From the human T2T-CHM13v2.0 reference genome, Homo sapiens, in NCBI RefSeq assembly GCF_009914755.1, contig NC_060935.1: DNA of 64,000 nt; one strand, given 5' to 3'. Shown here one piece after another: positions 30,243 to 44,244 of the stretch (positions are counted from its first letter, which is position 1; every line of letters begins with the position of its first letter). The notes under the pieces were generated by a model. That model was not told where the DNA came from. It saw only the letters and a list, made by a program, of their open reading frames with translations, and ran no database searches. Both the position numbers and the translations under genes were made by a program.

Positions 30243-31039
30243 TTCAGATGGGGTAGACCAAGGAGGCCTCTCTTAGAAGGTATCATTTAGCCAGAGACCA
30301 GAGTGAAGTGAGGGAATGAGCCATGAGGATAAAAGGTGGAGGGGCATGAGTGCTCCAGGGAGAGATAACATTGAGTGCAGAGGCCCTGGAGTGGGAGTGA
30401 GCAGGATGTGTTCAAGCACGTGCAAGGAGACCCATGTGGTAAGCCAAGGGTGGGGTAAGAATGAAGATGGAAGAAGAGGCCAGAAGTCAACTCACGCAAG
30501 GCCTGTAGGCCATGGGAAGGGCTCTGCATGTATTCTGAGTGTGGCAGGAAGCTCTGAGGGTTTAGACCATGGGAGAGCCTGAGTGGATGCTGGGAACAAT
30601 TCAGGAAATGTCCCCAGCTGGGGCAAGGAGAGACTGGAGAGGGAGGAGTGCGTGGGGATTCTTGGCATCTGGAGAATGGAGAACTGAGCTTTATGCCTTG
30701 GGTGCTTGCCTGAGGCACACACAGTAACATTCCATCTATGCTACATTTTTATATTATCATTACCTCCCTCCAGCTGTCCCTCTGTCCAGGAACCACATAT
30801 CCTACTCTGTCTCTACTTCCTACACTGTTTTGGACATCTGAAAGGGTATTAGGTTCACACCAGCATGAAGTCCGACTTGATGTAATACTTTTCCAAGAAT
30901 AGAGAATGCAAATGAAAGAATTTTGTTCTTTCTAACCCCAAACTTATTCCCATATCGGGCCTTTGATGCAGCTACAGCTTCGAGAATGTGGACTCTCCTT
31001 TCCCCCAGCACCTTCACCCAGAGCCTCACTATTCCATCC

Positions 31040-31420
31040 TTTAGAGATGTGTTGCCCCAAACTTTGCATGTTGAAGCCCTAACCCCCAGTGGGAATGCAT
31101 TGGAGACAAGGCTTTTAGGAAGTAATTAAGGTTAAATGAGATCATAAGGGTGAATTCCCAATCCAATGGGATGGGTGATGTTATAAGAAGAGGAAGAGCT
31201 CTCTCTCTTTCTCTCTGGAAAGGTCATGTGAGGACAGAGTGAGAAGGTGGCTGCCTGCAAGCCAGGAAGAGAGATCTCACCAGGAACCAAATCAGCCACC
31301 ACTTTGATCTTGAACTTCACGGCCTCCAGAACTCCGGACATGAGAAATAAATGTCTGTTGTTTAAGGTATTGTTTAAGATACTTAAGATACTTTGTATGG
31401 CAGCCCACGCAGGCAAAAAC
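31040..31420 (+). mobile_element. MLT1A-like MaLR LTR
   Basis: 'catgttgaagccctaaccccca...aattaaggttaaatgagatcataagggtg...ctgcaagccaggaagagag...agaaataaatgtctgttgtttaag'. Confidence 0.85.
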
Positions 31421-31476
31421 AAGAGGTTTCCCAACTCTTTTGATCATGTATCCCTCTCCAACAGTAAAAACATTGA

Positions 31477-31765
31477 TGGGCATGGTAGTTCATACCTGTA
31501 ATCCCAACACTTTGGGAGACCAAGGCATGAGGATTGCTTGAGCCTAGGAGTTTGAGACCAACCTGAGCAACATAGGGAGACCCTTTATCTAAAAAAAATA
31601 AAAAATTAGTCAGGTGTGATAGTGTGTGCCTGTGGCCCCAGCTACTTCAGAAGCTCAGGTAGGAGGATCACTTAAACCTAGGAGGCCTAGTCTGCAGTGA
31701 GCTATGATTGCACCACTGCACTCCAGCCTGGGCAACAGGATGAGACTCTGTCTCAAAACAAATCA
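31477..31765 (+). mobile_element. Alu SINE (AluJ-like)
   Basis: Full Alu. TSD aaaaacattga at 31466-31476 and 31766-31776. Confidence 0.94.
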
Positions 31766-31993
31766 AAAAACATTGAGCACACCCTCCGCCAACTGTATGC
31801 ATAACTATTTATAAATTTTACATACATATGCCATATACTTTGCCATCAATCTGTGCATAAAACATCAGAGAAAATTTTGGTATCTTGTTTTTAAGATTGA
31901 CAAATAACAATAAATGAAAGTTTTACTATTTTCTTCATGTACCCCATGGATTCGCTTATGCACTCCTCTTAGGAGGCATTATTTTATAACTCA

Positions 31994-32270
31994 ATCTCTG
32001 TTATTCAGGAAAGCATTTTCTGATCTACAACTCACTCATTCATTCATTCATTTATTCATTGAACAAATATTTATAAAAGCCCTACTAAGGACAGTGTATA
32101 TTAATGCATCAGATGTGGTTCTGCTCTGGAAGGCAACAATTCAGTCTTGGTGGGCCTTCCTGTAATGCAGTCTCCTCTGTGGCTAGCTGTAATTAAATAA
32201 ATGTTGAATTATCTGTTTATAAGACATCTACCCTTCCCATCAGCTCTGTCTGTACCATTCACTGGTGCCC
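31994..32270. repeat. Copy 2 of local duplication (B direct 31994-32101, short spacer, A inverted 32111-32270)
   Basis: Aligned by hand to 29407-29670. Confidence 0.93.
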
Positions 32271-32906
32271 TCTTAGAACTTGGCACATAGTAGGTATTCA
32301 ATAAGTAGCAAATGGATGAATGAATGAACACATGAACAAAAGAATGAATGACTGAGCTCACTTCCCCTTTTTTCTCCCCTTTCCTCAGGTCAGTCTTGCC
32401 ATGAAAACATTTTGAAGCAGCCCAGGGGCCGGCAGATCGGCCAGTGGAGTGGGAGTGATGGGGGGAGATTTGTGAGCAGGGGCCAGGTTAGCAGTGGTTT
32501 TATTACATCCCATTAAGCATATGGTCATAATTATAATAAGCACATGAGTTATGGCGAGTGACATATGTTTCTTTAGAAAAAAAAGGAGAGGAGGAAGAGA
32601 AAAAGAAACACTGCAAGCCCCCAGAAGTGGCCTGGATAGGTGGCTGGGCCAAATGAGTGAGCGTGGGCCTGCCCTGCCCTGTGCTTTTTAACCCCTTCAC
32701 ATCCTGGGCGTGACCTGCAGAAGAGAGAGAAGGCAGCCAAGGCTGGGCTCCAGGGAGATCAGGGACTCCCAGGCACCCAGCAAGGTCTGGGGGCTTCTGA
32801 GAGGATCTTGCCCACTTCTCTGAGAGTCACCAGAGGACAGGCATGTGGTCAGCTAGTTAGTGTTCCAGTAGCCAAGACAAGACCTGGCCCAGAGCAGACA
32901 TTTGGG

Positions 32907-32908
<2 letters not shown>

Positions 32909-32942
<34 letters not shown>
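32909..32942. repeat. (GT)17 microsatellite
   Basis: Perfect dinucleotide run. Confidence 0.97.
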
Positions 32943-32945
<3 letters not shown>

Positions 32946-34654
32946 GAGAATGGAGGAGGGAGAGGAGGAAGGAGAAAAGAAAGAATAAAGAAAAAAAGAA
33001 GGGAGGGAATAAGGGAGAAGAGAGAGGGAGGTGATTAGAGCTTCTAAATGAACTTTCATTTGTTCATTCATTCAACAATCAGGTTGTTTAACGCACATGG
33101 CATGGTGCAGTGGGTGAGCCCTGGGCTGGGGTCGGGACACCTGGGTTGTTCCCTGGGCTTCTCCATTCATATCCTGTGTGGTCTTGGGTAAACCACTTTC
33201 CTTCTCTGATCCTGATTTTTCTAAGGGGCTGGTCACTCAAATCTTTCTGGGCTTGGGCTTTGTGGGGTTTGCAATCCTCTGGGTGGACAGGGACCCAGAG
33301 AAGCCTGCCTCCTGCAGGAGATGCACCAGGGATGTCTGCAGCCAACCCTCAGCCAGGAGGTTCCTAACAGATCATTTAACCAACCTCCCTCTCATCCATT
33401 TTCCAAGTGTAAAAATAGCAGCCTGGATGTCTGTGCTGCCTCCCCATGAATAAGCCAGTTCTTCTTCTGTCTTCCATGTCCCGAGGTCCAAAAGGACTAT
33501 AACCAAAAATTCAAAGATACAAGCATCTTTAGCCCATCTTCCATGATCAAAGAGATCTCCATGTCTGGGAAGCAGCAGAAGACAAGGGACCCTATTCTAA
33601 GAAGCACCACCTCACCCTGGCAGCCAGACCTCTAGCCCTCGGCCCCTAGAACAGGCATCAGGGGCTGCAGAAGGAGGCTGTGGGAACTGGGGACCGTGGA
33701 CACCAGAACCTGGGGGGTCAGGAGGAACCAGACCCCATCTCTGAAAATGTGCACTAGAGCCTTGTCACCTAGAGAACAGTGCTTTAACTCACTCAAGTGG
33801 TTTCACACCATCTTGGTTGATGAGGAGATGTGATTTGCTCAAAATCTCTCAGCAGCAGGTGGCAGAGCCAGGCAGGGATGCGGGTCTGCCTGAAGCCTGT
33901 GCCAGGCCAGTTCTTCCTGCCCAAGGGCCCTACCTCTGCAGAGCGGAGGCCTGGCCTGGCCTGGCCTCTAAAGGTGTGACCTGGGGCAAGTCAGGTCAGC
34001 ACTCTGACACTCAATATCTTCCCCTGTAGAATGGAGACCGCCCCTCAGAGGGCTCTTGGTGGGGGTGTGGGGCTTGGGGCAGGACCAAGTTAGAGCTTCC
34101 CAGACTTTTCCCCAAGGGAGGTGGCTTTTATTATCCTGTGTTTTGAAAGATTTCTATCTCTTGAACAAACTTTGTTTTAAAGTAATAATTAATTTATTTC
34201 CCCCTTCTTATTCCTCAAAGACACAGGTGGTCATCCTCTGAGAGATGACTGTGGCTTCCATGCTTGGCTGTCAGAATTCCAGTCGCCTCCAAGATGGAAG
34301 ACTCTGCCCAGCCTGGATTCCTTGACCACAGGCAAAATATGTCTGGTCTGCGAGGGCCCCTGAACTGTTGAGATGACAAGATTAAACCCAGAAGGCCATC
34401 TGCCCTCTGAGGACCCCATGCCAAGCACCCCTGAGAGGGTGATGGTGATCATAAATGAAGCTGTGGGCCTTCATGGAGCTCCCTGACAGACCCACATGGC
34501 TCCTGGAAGTTTGCATGTGTGACCTGGAGGGCTCTGGCACTTGTGCTCATTTTGCAGAAGAGGAACTGTGACTAAGACATCAACGATTCCCCCCAAGCTG
34601 GGAGGTGGCAGAGTCAGGGCTTCAGTTCTATCTGATTCCAGAACGACCCTTCTG

Positions 34655-35027
34655 TTGTAGTCAGCTTGGCCTGGCTTAACAAGACACCACAGGGTGGGTG
34701 GCTTAAACAACAGACATTTATTGCTCCTAGTTCTGGAAGCTAGAAGTCCAAGATCAAAGTGCCGGCAGATTATGTTCCTGGTGAGGGCTCTCTTCCTGGC
34801 TACCTTCTCACTGTGTTCTCAAGTGGCAAGGAGAGAGACAGAGAGGTGTAACTCTGGTGTTTCTTCCTTTCCTTATAAGGACGTGAATCCCAAGATGGGG
34901 GTTCCACCCTCATGACCACATCTCAACCTAATTACCTCTCAAACACCCCACCTCTAAAACCTTCACATTGGAGGTTAGGGCTTCAACATGTAAATTTGGG
35001 GGGAACACAAACATTCAATGCATAACA
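34655..35027 (-). mobile_element. MLT1A/B-like MaLR LTR
   Basis: 'gggtggcttaaacaacagacatttattgctc...aagtccaagatcaaagtgccggcagatt...acaaacattcaatgcataaca'. Confidence 0.85.
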
Positions 35028-35329
35028 TGCCCAAAACCCCAACACTAATCTCCCCCTTCCCATGACTGAGTCCAGCAAGGCCTCCGTGAGTGGATCCTTG
35101 CCCTGGAGGACTTTGCAGTGTAGCAGAGAATGCTGGACGAAAATTGATCTGACCAAACTTGCAAGGCAGCCATGCAAAGGCCCCAGGAGGCCTCGCAGGA
35201 TTTGGCCAAAGATTGGCCACTGGTCCTGCATCAGAGCCAGACAGCCAGGAGAACTCTGAGCTTCCCTCTCTGTGCCTCAGTTTCCACCGCTACAGAGCAC
35301 GGACACTGATGCCTCAAAGGGCTGCTGAA

Positions 35330-36080
35330 AGCCTTCCAAGAAAACAGCAGAGGTCAAAACGCCCAGCGACCTGCGACTGAAACAAATCCGCCCTCGGGCT
35401 GCAGGCCTTCTCTGTGCGTTGCCAGGTGGGGGCGGGAAAGGAAACGGAGGAGGATCGCATTCTGGGGGCCTGTCCCGGGAACTGGGGCCGCCCCGCAGAG
35501 TGATGGCCACAGTGGGACGAACCTCCAGATAAATAAGAACAGTCCGCGTGAGCCGGGCTCATCTTAACACTAAGCAGAGGGGCCTGGGGCCGGACTTGAA
35601 AGCTGCCGGCTGAGATGGATGGGCTGCTGCCGAGGCGGGGGCAGCTGGGCGCGGGGAATGAGTGATGGGGTGTCGGGGCGCTCAGTCACCGCCAGCCAGA
35701 GATGCCGGCCTCTGTCCGGCCGCCGGGACATGTGCAGGGCCGCCGCCCCTCCCACGGCCCTGCGGGGGATTTATGGCTTCGTTAAAGGCCCGGAGAGGGG
35801 CTGAGGCCAGGCCTGCGGTGGGAGGGTTGGATGTCGGCCTGGCTGCCCCTGCTGGATTTCCGCCCTGAGCAGTGGAGGGGAAACCAGGCCGGGCCCCACA
35901 GGGCAGTGTGGCTAGGGGTCAGGCACAGAGGGGCGTGAGGCCTGGCCTCCTTCCTTAGGTTGGCTGGCCCCGAAGGACGCCTGGGTGGAGGGTGCTGGCA
36001 TCTCCCAGTGACCCCCTGTACCGGCCCCACCCTTGGCTCTTGGTCTGTGTTTATACCTTGGCGCCTTCGCAGCTCCGCTT
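35330..36080. promoter_or_regulatory. CpG-rich, GC-rich island-like element (candidate promoter or enhancer)
   Basis: Non-repeat sequence with dense CpGs and several GC boxes (ggggcggga, gaggcgggg, ccgccc) against a CpG-poor background. Function is inferred only. Confidence 0.55.
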
Positions 36081-37231
36081 GCTTTTTCCAGCTGCCTTGC
36101 TTTTCCCCACACAGGTCCTTCTGCCTGGAGTGCCCGGTGCCTTGCAGAGCTCCCACCCTTCCTTGCTGCCTTGGCGCCTGTGCCACCGCTGTTGGAAGGC
36201 TTCCTTTGACACTCCTGCTCCATCCTGGCAGTGCGGGGCTCCCTCATCAGGGCCCTGCTTTTCTCCTTGTCCATCAAGGCAGGGATCCCCCTTATTCTTC
36301 GTCTTTAACCTGTGATATTAACTAAACCATTTATTGCGCTCTACTATGAGCCAGGGGCTGTGCTCAGCATTTCAGTATTTTATTACTGACTGTGTTCATC
36401 CATTCATTTCATAGACAGGAAAACTGAGCCTTGGAGAATCACTTGCTAGGATTCAAACCAAGGTCTGTCTGATTCCAAAATACAAAAGTGCTTGTCAAGT
36501 CCGTGAAGCACCAGCCTTGGGGAAAATCAGCAAACATGGAACAAGTTTTCTCTTTTTCCCTTGCTACTGTTTTTCTGAGTCTGGCATCCCATAGATTCAG
36601 TGATATGACTTCACATATGCACAGTAATGGGACTTCACATATGTCCTCTGATTTGATCCTTATAGCAATTTGGTGAGGTCAGCCTTATGATGATCAACCC
36701 ATTTTACAGAGTGGAAAAACTGAGATCCAAAGAAGGGACATGCCCCGCCAGGGTCACAGCCAGCAGGTGGCTGAGCCAGGGTTCTAGGATGTCCCACACT
36801 CTTTCCAAGGCCCCTCAGCTCTTCTCACACCTCCTCTCTCTCAGCTAGGTCTCAGCTCTGGAGGGCGGACCTAGGGAATGCTGAGACCCTGCAGGTGGAC
36901 TTTTGATCCTTCTCACTGGGGGAGCACAGGAGCCTTCAGGCATGAAACTCTTGGGTCATCCATGAGCCTCCCTAAAGCCCAGGCCCTCGCTAACACCCAC
37001 TCCACTGACCTCGCTCCAGGAGAGATCCTTTCCTTTGGTAGGATAAAGCCCCTGGCTCCCAAGTCACCCTGGCCTCCTACCCCTCTACATCCTTTTGTGC
37101 TGGGGTTGAGGTCCCTGCCTGCCTGGACCTGCAGCTCTGGAGTTGGCACAGCTGTTAGTCAGGAAGCAGCCTTCTCCCACCACCTCAGCCTCCCTGATGG
37201 GTACTCTGGCTCAAATAAGAGTGTGGACAAC

Positions 37232-37649
<418 letters not shown>

Positions 37650-38504
37650 TCATCTATTTTGGGTCCAGATTTTTTAACCAGTTGAGATTCTTAACACCTG
37701 TCCCAAAGGATCGGTCAAGCTCCCCATTAATTCCCTATTTAGGAGGAAAGGGAGGCTTTGAGGAGGAGATTGACATGTCTGCAACTGTTGTGGAGCACAG
37801 GACTAGAGTTAGCACTTGAGCCTGCAAAGATTTTTCTGCCTCCATCATTCATTCATTCATTCATTTATTCACTCACTCATTTACTCACCTACTGTGTGCA
37901 AGGCCCGTTTGTTGAGCACCTACTATGTGCAAAAGCAATGTTCTAGGCATTGGAATACCTTCATGAACAAGACTGGCAAATATTTTGTCTTCAGCTATAG
38001 CCCAGTAGAAAAGACAGGCATGAGACAGAAGTTCAGAGAATAATTAAGGCATGCTATGACAAATCACTTTGCTCACATCTCTGCTCAAATGTCACCTCTT
38101 CTGAGTGACCTTTCCGGACCCCCATGTCTAAAATACCACCCCATCAATCTCCATCCCCTTTCCTGATTTTTCAAAAAGTAGGAGTATGAGTATTTGGTAC
38201 AAGGTTATGCATTTCTTTGTTTTCCTGTCTTCCCCACTAGACAGTGCACACCACGAGGGTGGGAGTTGTGACCCCTTTGTGCTCTGTCTCCAGCACCTGA
38301 CTTACCATGTGCTCTGAGTAGATACTTACTGAATGAAACATGAATGAATGAATGAATGCTACAAAGAAGATATACAGGTGCTCTGGGAGGAAAAACAGGG
38401 AAACCCAGCCTAGCCTGGAGTTCAGGGGGAGGTAACCCCCAAAGCAGGAGCTAACTTCAGACTGAGCTCCAAAGCAGGCCAGGACACTAGAAAAGAGGCA
38501 GGAA

Positions 38505-38917
<413 letters not shown>

Positions 38918-39275
38918 TCAGGCAGAGGAACCACAGCATGCGCAGAGCCCAGGATATCGACGATCTACAAAGGTCCCCTATCTGCAAAGCTTCCCCTACA
39001 GGACAGTCACAGGCAGCTGCCTTGAGGGCACACCAGGGGGAGCCAGCAAGCCTTTGATGGCACCGCAAAAGAGGCTCCAGATCCTCGGATTAAAATTCTG
39101 GCTATGTGATCTTCGGCAAGCTCTTTAACTTCCCTTAGTTAGCCTCTTTTCTCATTTGTAAAATGGAGATGAGAGTGACACCTACCTTGAGGGGTTACTG
39201 TAAGGACACAGAATGACAACTTCAAGTTTTTTAGATGAGAGCCTGATCCGTGGTGAGACTTTAACAAATGCTGGT

Positions 39276-39583
39276 GGCCGGGTGCAGTGGCTCATGCCTG
39301 TAATCCCAGCACTTCGGTAGGCCGAGGCAGGAGGATTGCTTGAGGCCAGGAGTCCCAGACAAGCCTAAATAACATGAGATCCTGTCTGTACAAAAAATTC
39401 GAAAATTAGCCAGGTGTGGTGGCATATGCCTGTGGTCCCAGCTACTCAGGAGGCTGAAGTAGGAGGTTTGCTTGAAACCAGGAGTTCAAGGCTGCAGCAA
39501 GTCATTGATTGTGTCACTGCACTCCAGCCCGGGTGATAGAGTAAGACCCTGTCACTAAAAAAGTTAAAAAAAAAAAAAAAAAA
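39276..39583 (+). mobile_element. Alu SINE (AluJ-like) inserted in a MIR
   Basis: Diverged dimeric Alu with polyA. Confidence 0.93.
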
Positions 39584-41042
39584 GCTGGCTATGTTAGCAC
39601 AGTGCTGCCTCTCCTCACCCACTAGAAAATTTAGGCCAAGGTAATCGGGCTGTCACAGAAGCAATATTCTCAGCTGGCTTTAATCTAGGAACGGTGGGGT
39701 GGAAAATAAAAAAGACTCCCAGTCCCTTGAGCAAAGCAGTTGCCTCAGCCTCAGTATCCCCATCTGCTCAAGGAGGCCTCGGCCGGCTTCTCCGTGTGGC
39801 CGAGTTTCCCTCTCACGGCCTGTTCCCAGCCAAGCTTCCAGTTCCCTGAGGTTTTCACTTCCTGTCAGAGACCTCAGGGCCTTACACATCCAGGCCTTCA
39901 CCTCCTGCACGGATATTTTGCACTTTCCACCTTCCCCCAGCCCAGATGTCCTGGAGTCCTGCCTCCCCGGCTCCCTCTGGGCCTGCTCTCTGTCCCTGCC
40001 TGGCCACCACCTAGCCAGCAAGCTGTTGGTGTCTCCCCAGGCACGCAGCGCCTGGTGCAGGGGCTACACTGCCCTGAAAACCCCCAGGATACCAAGCACC
40101 CCCGAACTCCACCCATCTGTGATGACTTCAGCAGAAAGTCCTGCCCATACTTGTGGAAATTAGTGTGTGTGTGTGTCGGGGGCGGGGGTTGGGGGCTAAT
40201 CTTAGAGAGGGCCCTATTTGCCCCTCGCTGCACACCACAGGGAAGACATGCTCCAGGTAAGTGCACGTTTTCACACATACTCTCGAGTGCACGTGGGCTC
40301 GAAAGGGCTGGAAAAGCTTCCCCCTGGACAGAGCTAGTCTCAGAAACTCAGGACGTGGGAAGGGGGTCACTGAGGGGGAGGCTCTGGCACTGGGCCCAGC
40401 ACTGTGGTTTCTGATGCTGCCTCAGCCGCCAATTGGAAGGAAGCTTGGGAGGAGGAGGAGGAAGCGCTGAGTGTGCAAATGAGCAGTGACATGGGAAATC
40501 TCACAGGGCAGAGGCAGCCTTCAGGATCTACACCAGGACGAGGTGACCTGGTTTCCCCTGGCTTGGTGGCCCTGGAGGAGTCACTGTGCTTCTCTAGGCT
40601 GATTCCCTCTTCTGCAAAATGTCAGTCCCAGACAGTAGGCAGCAAAGAGTGGGTAGACCCGAGTCCCAGTCACAGCCAGTCTCCCCGGGATCCTGAGGCT
40701 GCAACAGAGGGTGCTCCTCGCTGGGCCTCCATGTCCTCATCTACAAAATGGGGACAGTGACCCTGATCTTGCAGGATTGCCCCAAGGTTGAGAAATGGTG
40801 TACACAGAGCATCAGACACACTACCTCTTAGATACATCCCTTCCTCGAGGTGCCTGCCAGGCCCCAAGTGAGATCAAGCCTCCTCTCTAGGGTCTTCCCT
40901 CACCGACAGTGGCCTTCACAGCACTGGGTGCTGTCTGAACTTTTATGCATATTCATGGGATGATTTGACAAACGTCCCTTTCCGCACTAGATTGTAAGCT
41001 CCTTGAAGGCAGGGATCCCAGCCTGGCACATAGTAGGGGCTT

Positions 41043-41550
41043 CTCTTAGTCAAGATCCAGCTAGGAAACCAGAACTCAAGTCAGGTATTTCAACAGAGGG
41101 CATGTGATATAGGGAGCTAGTTCGGAAGGTGTTGGAGGAGCTGAAAGGCCTGACCGGGGATGGTGAGCCACCCACCGACAAGCAGCGGCAGGCAGCTGTG
41201 ACAACCTGGGACTCCAGAGACCGGGGAGGAAGTGCCGATACCCAAAGCCTGGGAACCAGACTAGGTGTGGGACACCGGAACCACAGTCAGGCAGGGGGCT
41301 GCCCATGGGAGCTGGAACCCTGGCGGTGACCCAACCACTTCCCAAGTTGCCACTAAAGCAGAGAGAAATGAGGAGGAAGACCCTGGCTCCTCCCTTCCGC
41401 CCCGCCCGCTGATCTCCATCCAGTTCTTCCCATTGGCCAAGACTAACAGGAAGCCGGCGGGCAAAGGAGCCTGGGAAATATATCAACAGTTGGCAGGAGT
41501 CAGCCCCGAGACACAGGGGAGGGCCAGGGAAAAGTAGAGGATCCATCCGT
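41043..41550 (-). mobile_element. Old ERV-L-class LTR (LTR33/LTR16-like)
   Basis: 'tcttagtcaagatccagctaggaaaccagaa...ggtatttcaacagaggg' and 'cccattggccaagactaacaggaagccggcgggcaaaggagcctgggaaat'. Confidence 0.5.
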
Positions 41551-44037
41551 TCGCTTTCTGAGAGGGAAGGACAAATGGCAGTCCCAGGGCTCCCCTTATT
41601 TACTGGTTCACAAATGCCTACAGCATTTACGAGGCACACAGGGCAATGTTCTGAGCTTTTGACGAATGAGCAGCAGGAGTTCAGTAAATGATACCCGTCC
41701 TTGTTGATGGTGCTTTTGTTTTTGTGGTCAGACGCGTTCCAAGGGGCTCAGACCTGCTGTGATTCTGAGATTTTTCTGTCTCTGACCCCAAGATCCTCAC
41801 CCCAACCCTGGCCTTTTTGGGCTCAGGGAGCCCAGACCCACCCCCTTCTCCAGGCCCTGCTGAGAGTAGGGGGAGGAAGGGCAGAGGATGCAGCCCCCCG
41901 GGCCTGAGCCCCTGCAGAGCCCCTCCATCTCTGCCCCGGGCTCCGTGGGGAGCAGGCTCTCCCTCTCCCCGCCTGTCAGTCAAACCCTGCCGCTTGGAAG
42001 TTCAAGCGTGGCCAAAAGGAAGCAGATTTCAAAACACACCTCTGCTCGACCCGCTTTCCTCCCCGCCCCCTCATCCGAGCTGACCCAGGCTCTCTGGGGG
42101 CTCCCTTGCCCCAGGCCTATCCCAGACAGAGCTGAAACCATAAGGATCTGGGGTAGACGTCGGGTGGGGTGTGGGGAGCAATAAGGGGAGCCAGCAAAGG
42201 CTCCCCCAGCAGCCTCGGCCCACCCCTGTCTGAGGGCTGCTCCTCCTGCGTGGAGAAGAACCTGAGGCAGATCCTCAAGAAGGGCCCTGGGGGCGACAGG
42301 TGGGAGGGGCCTGACCCCTGAAATTCAGTAAGGCCGGGGGCCTGCCTGCTACCTTTCCACACTTGGTGTTTTATTTATGATGCCATCCCTGCACTAGCAC
42401 AAGCCTTGGCTTCTAGAAGATTCTCTGTAAATATCTGTTGAGTGAATGTGTGAATTCGTGAATTCCCACTAAGGAGAAATTGGTTCCACTTTGACTCAGA
42501 AGGTGAAGGAAGGTGTGGGGCTGGAGGGGCCCTGATAGTTCCACCAAAACCAGAGCCTCAGGGGCCTCGCTCCTCTGTCATCGCCTCCCTCTGGCTTCCT
42601 CTCAGCAAGGGGGTTCGGGTCAGAGCCCTTGGGACCCCATCCCAACCCTGCTGCCTTCTAGCTGTGTGACATTGGACAAGCCAGTCCCTCTTCAAACCTT
42701 AGCTTTCCTCACCTATGTCATGGGGAGAGACCTGTCTCCTCCACAGCGTACTGTGAGCCCTGAATTGAACCAGGTCCCACAAATAAATCCTAGTACAGCT
42801 CCTGTGTGCAACAAAACAGGCCTCACAGATACCAGCAACCTCACAGATACCAGAATGCACTGGAATGCCTTTCCACAAGGTTGTCAATAGGGTTAAAAGC
42901 ACGGCCACTGTGAACAAATAGCAAATAGCCATTGCTTCTTGGCAATTTCTTTGCAAAGGCAGATGGAAATGAAGCAATGCCCAGGCGTGGAGGCCGATTT
43001 TGGAATGAACGTCTTGACAGTGGGAGTTCACCCTTCCGGGTTGTTTTGCGAGTTTTTTTCTCATCTCCCCTGGTGCCGTCCTCTCAAAGCCCGATCATAA
43101 AAGCAACGACAGCTGGGACCACATTGTTCACTTTATTGCAGTTTTGTTTTCCGTTTGGAAAATCTCTCCCTAGAATGTGCTTGAAATTTTGAAGAGGTGA
43201 GTTAATATATTGATGATGTCTTTATTGTCAGGACACTTCCTGAATTAGAAATAAAAGGCTCTGCTGAATTCAATCAAGTGGCATGGGGGAAGGGGTCCTT
43301 TCCCAGGATGGAAGCCCTCCTTTTGTGGCCAGCCTGGAGGGGGTAGGGGACCAAGCTTTCTGAGGCTCAGAGAAGACTCCTCTAATTCTAGAGCTTGACA
43401 GTTGGTGCCCAGTTTCCCCCAAAGGCAAAGGAGAAATCCTTGCCCTCCAGGGAGCAAAGGGCCAGGCAGATGAATGTCCGAGGTGTGGGTCCATTCCTGG
43501 CTCCTCCTGGATAGCTCAGCTCCCTACCAGCCCCAGCCTGATCCTCCCCCGGTAACGCACTTCATGTGAGTCACCCGGGAGCATGGTGCGGGACCTCCCT
43601 CTGCAAAGCTATGAGGAGACATACTTTGACCTTGGTGCCCTCTCCACCGTGAGTTCCCCTCCTCTGCTCCACCAGGCCTCACCAGCCTGAGCCCTCATTC
43701 TTGAGGCCCCAAAGCCTCTTCCCTGCCACTGCCACTTTCTTACTCTCCTGTCGGAATGCCTCTGATCTTTTGAGTCTGAAGTCTGTGAATCATAAGAAGA
43801 GGCAGATGGCACGGTGGACTGCAGAGACCAAGGTCTTGGAATTACACAGATCTAGACTTGAGTCTCCTTAGTCTCTTAGTTGCTGTGTGATGTTGAGCAA
43901 CTGACTTCGTCTCTCTCTGTGCTCAGTTTCCTCTGCAGTGATGGAAACACCCAGCACAGTGCCTGGTGGCTACTGATGCTACTTGTTCACTTTCCTAAAG
44001 TCTGTTATTGCTAGGGAAAGAAGGAGCCCATGGATTT

Positions 44038-44244
44038 TGGCAATGGATGGCACCAGGCAGCAAAAACTTCTTTTCAAGTAGAAACAAAGGACAGGGATGG
44101 TCATTTTAATGAACACCTACTATGCATCAGGCACACAGCAACCCTATTCTACAGACTCAGAGAGGTTAAGTTACTTGCCCAAGGTCACACAGCTAATGAA
44201 AGAGGTCCAGGTTCCTACCTGGGCTTATCAGACTCCCAGTTCAT
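44038..44244 (+). repeat. Arm 1 of a 207-bp inverted duplication (MIR-containing)
   Basis: Reverse complement of 49851-50057, 17 mismatches, no gaps (hand count). Confidence 0.94.

Noticed and set aside
39680-40414. Overlapping 113-224 aa ORFs
   Set aside because: Pro/Ser/Gly-rich translations of GC-rich unique DNA with no recognisable homology or exon structure.
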